From the NCBI GenBank assembly GCA_030264375.1, contig JASCQW010000119.1:9044965-9108964 (forward strand): DNA of 64,000 bases, written 5' to 3'. Below are positions 62,966 to 64,000 of the stretch, piece after piece (the stretch's first letter is position 1; every line of letters starts with the position of its first letter). Source of the DNA: Carcharhinus longimanus. Lineage: Eukaryota. A program made the position numbers and the translations under genes. The notes under the pieces are model-generated. The model had not been told where the DNA came from. It worked only from the letters and a program-made list of their open reading frames with translations, and searched no databases.

Positions 62966-64000
62966 TATGGGTTGGGGCATGATGTAACATCACACTCGGG
63001 AGCTTTAAACAGACAAACTTTATTCAATAATAAAGTTAGCATGTACAGAAAGAAAAATAACAATATATATTTAACAATTACGAACAAAAACAGAAAACAA
63101 AAACACTTTGTTTTATTAAGCCTTAGTTAAATATCAAAACTATTCCAAGAAAACGAAAAGATATTATAGACAAAATCTTGTTCACAGATTGAATACAACA
63201 TTGATTAAAATCTCATTTGACAGGGGATGAGTTTTTTCTTTAGATGTCTGCAACTTCCATCCAAAAGGCAAAACGTTGTTCTGAGATAACCGTCGAAATT
63301 ACCAAAAAAAAAGCAGGGAGACAGAGAAAAACCAACATCCTTATTGCATGCTGCCCTGGTAAAATATGAACCAAACTGGAGTCTTAGAATTTTCAAAACT
63401 GATACGCTAAACCCACTGGGAATGAAAGCAAACTGCCAAAAAGCACATTACTTTTTTTTCACCTAACAATGCAGGGTCGTAAGACTGTTCCCACGTAAAA
63501 GTAAATGACCCAGTTAGGCTACTTACGAATCAATGTAATGACTCGTCGTAATCAAGATAGCATCAGTAACATCGTGCAAGCTGTAAGCCAACAAAAAACT
63601 GAAAGCATGAGAGCCGCAGAAATCAAGATTAAAAAAAAACTTTCTAATGGGACATTATCGTCACATTAGCACGGATTCCGAAACTGAACACAACACGTCA
63701 GGTGTGGTTCAACATCATCATTTATTAATGGACGTCATATGAGCTGTCTATTTGACAAAATTTCGGTTTTAAAATTATGATTTTCATTCTGTCACTTTCC
63801 ATTGTTTTTTTTTCTATGCATGCCTCCGTTGGACGGCAACTCTTTGAGGTTTCTGCAGCTTTACAACAGCTTATCCCAGTTATCATTTCTTCAACACTGG
63901 ATTTTCTTCACGTAACACATTAAATCCAATAAATAATGAAGAAATGATTCCAGATTCCAATCTTCTCCTCCAATTAGGCTTGTCGTGTGAGACGTGCCTC

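Noticed and set aside
62978-63130. Possible LTR fragment with imperfect palindrome aactttatt...aataaagtt
   Set aside because: No partner LTR, TSD or internal sequence to support it.
1-64000. Prokaryotic features (operons, CRISPR arrays, rRNA/tRNA genes)
   Set aside because: No long ORFs, no repeat-spacer array and no rRNA seen. The tRNA-like boxes belong to SINE heads.

Overview
This is vertebrate genomic DNA, not prokaryotic. The repeat complement (HE1/V-type SINEs, SacSINE/Deu-type heads and tails, CR1 LINEs, Penelope termini) points to a shark, probably a carcharhiniform; that assignment is inference. The scaffold is a gapped draft. Only one clearly intact coding exon is present: a phase-1 terminal B30.2 (PRY-SPRY) exon at 40645-41165 on the minus strand. 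Much of the window is decayed retroelements: several CR1s, a SINE-headed LINE, Penelope pieces, a retroviral pol with tether + RNase H + integrase, and a Gmr1-type (PR-IN-RT order) gypsy element. The main unexplained structure is in the non-repeat DNA. Read across frameshifts, most ~250-400 bp unique segments look like decayed immunoglobulin-superfamily V-domain exons, on both strands. I count roughly 25-30 candidates, resembling B7/butyrophilin, Siglec/CD22, NKp30, IgL/TCR-like and CD2/CEACAM domains. All were read by eye without HMM searches, so individual calls are low to moderate confidence and boundaries of decayed elements are approximate.
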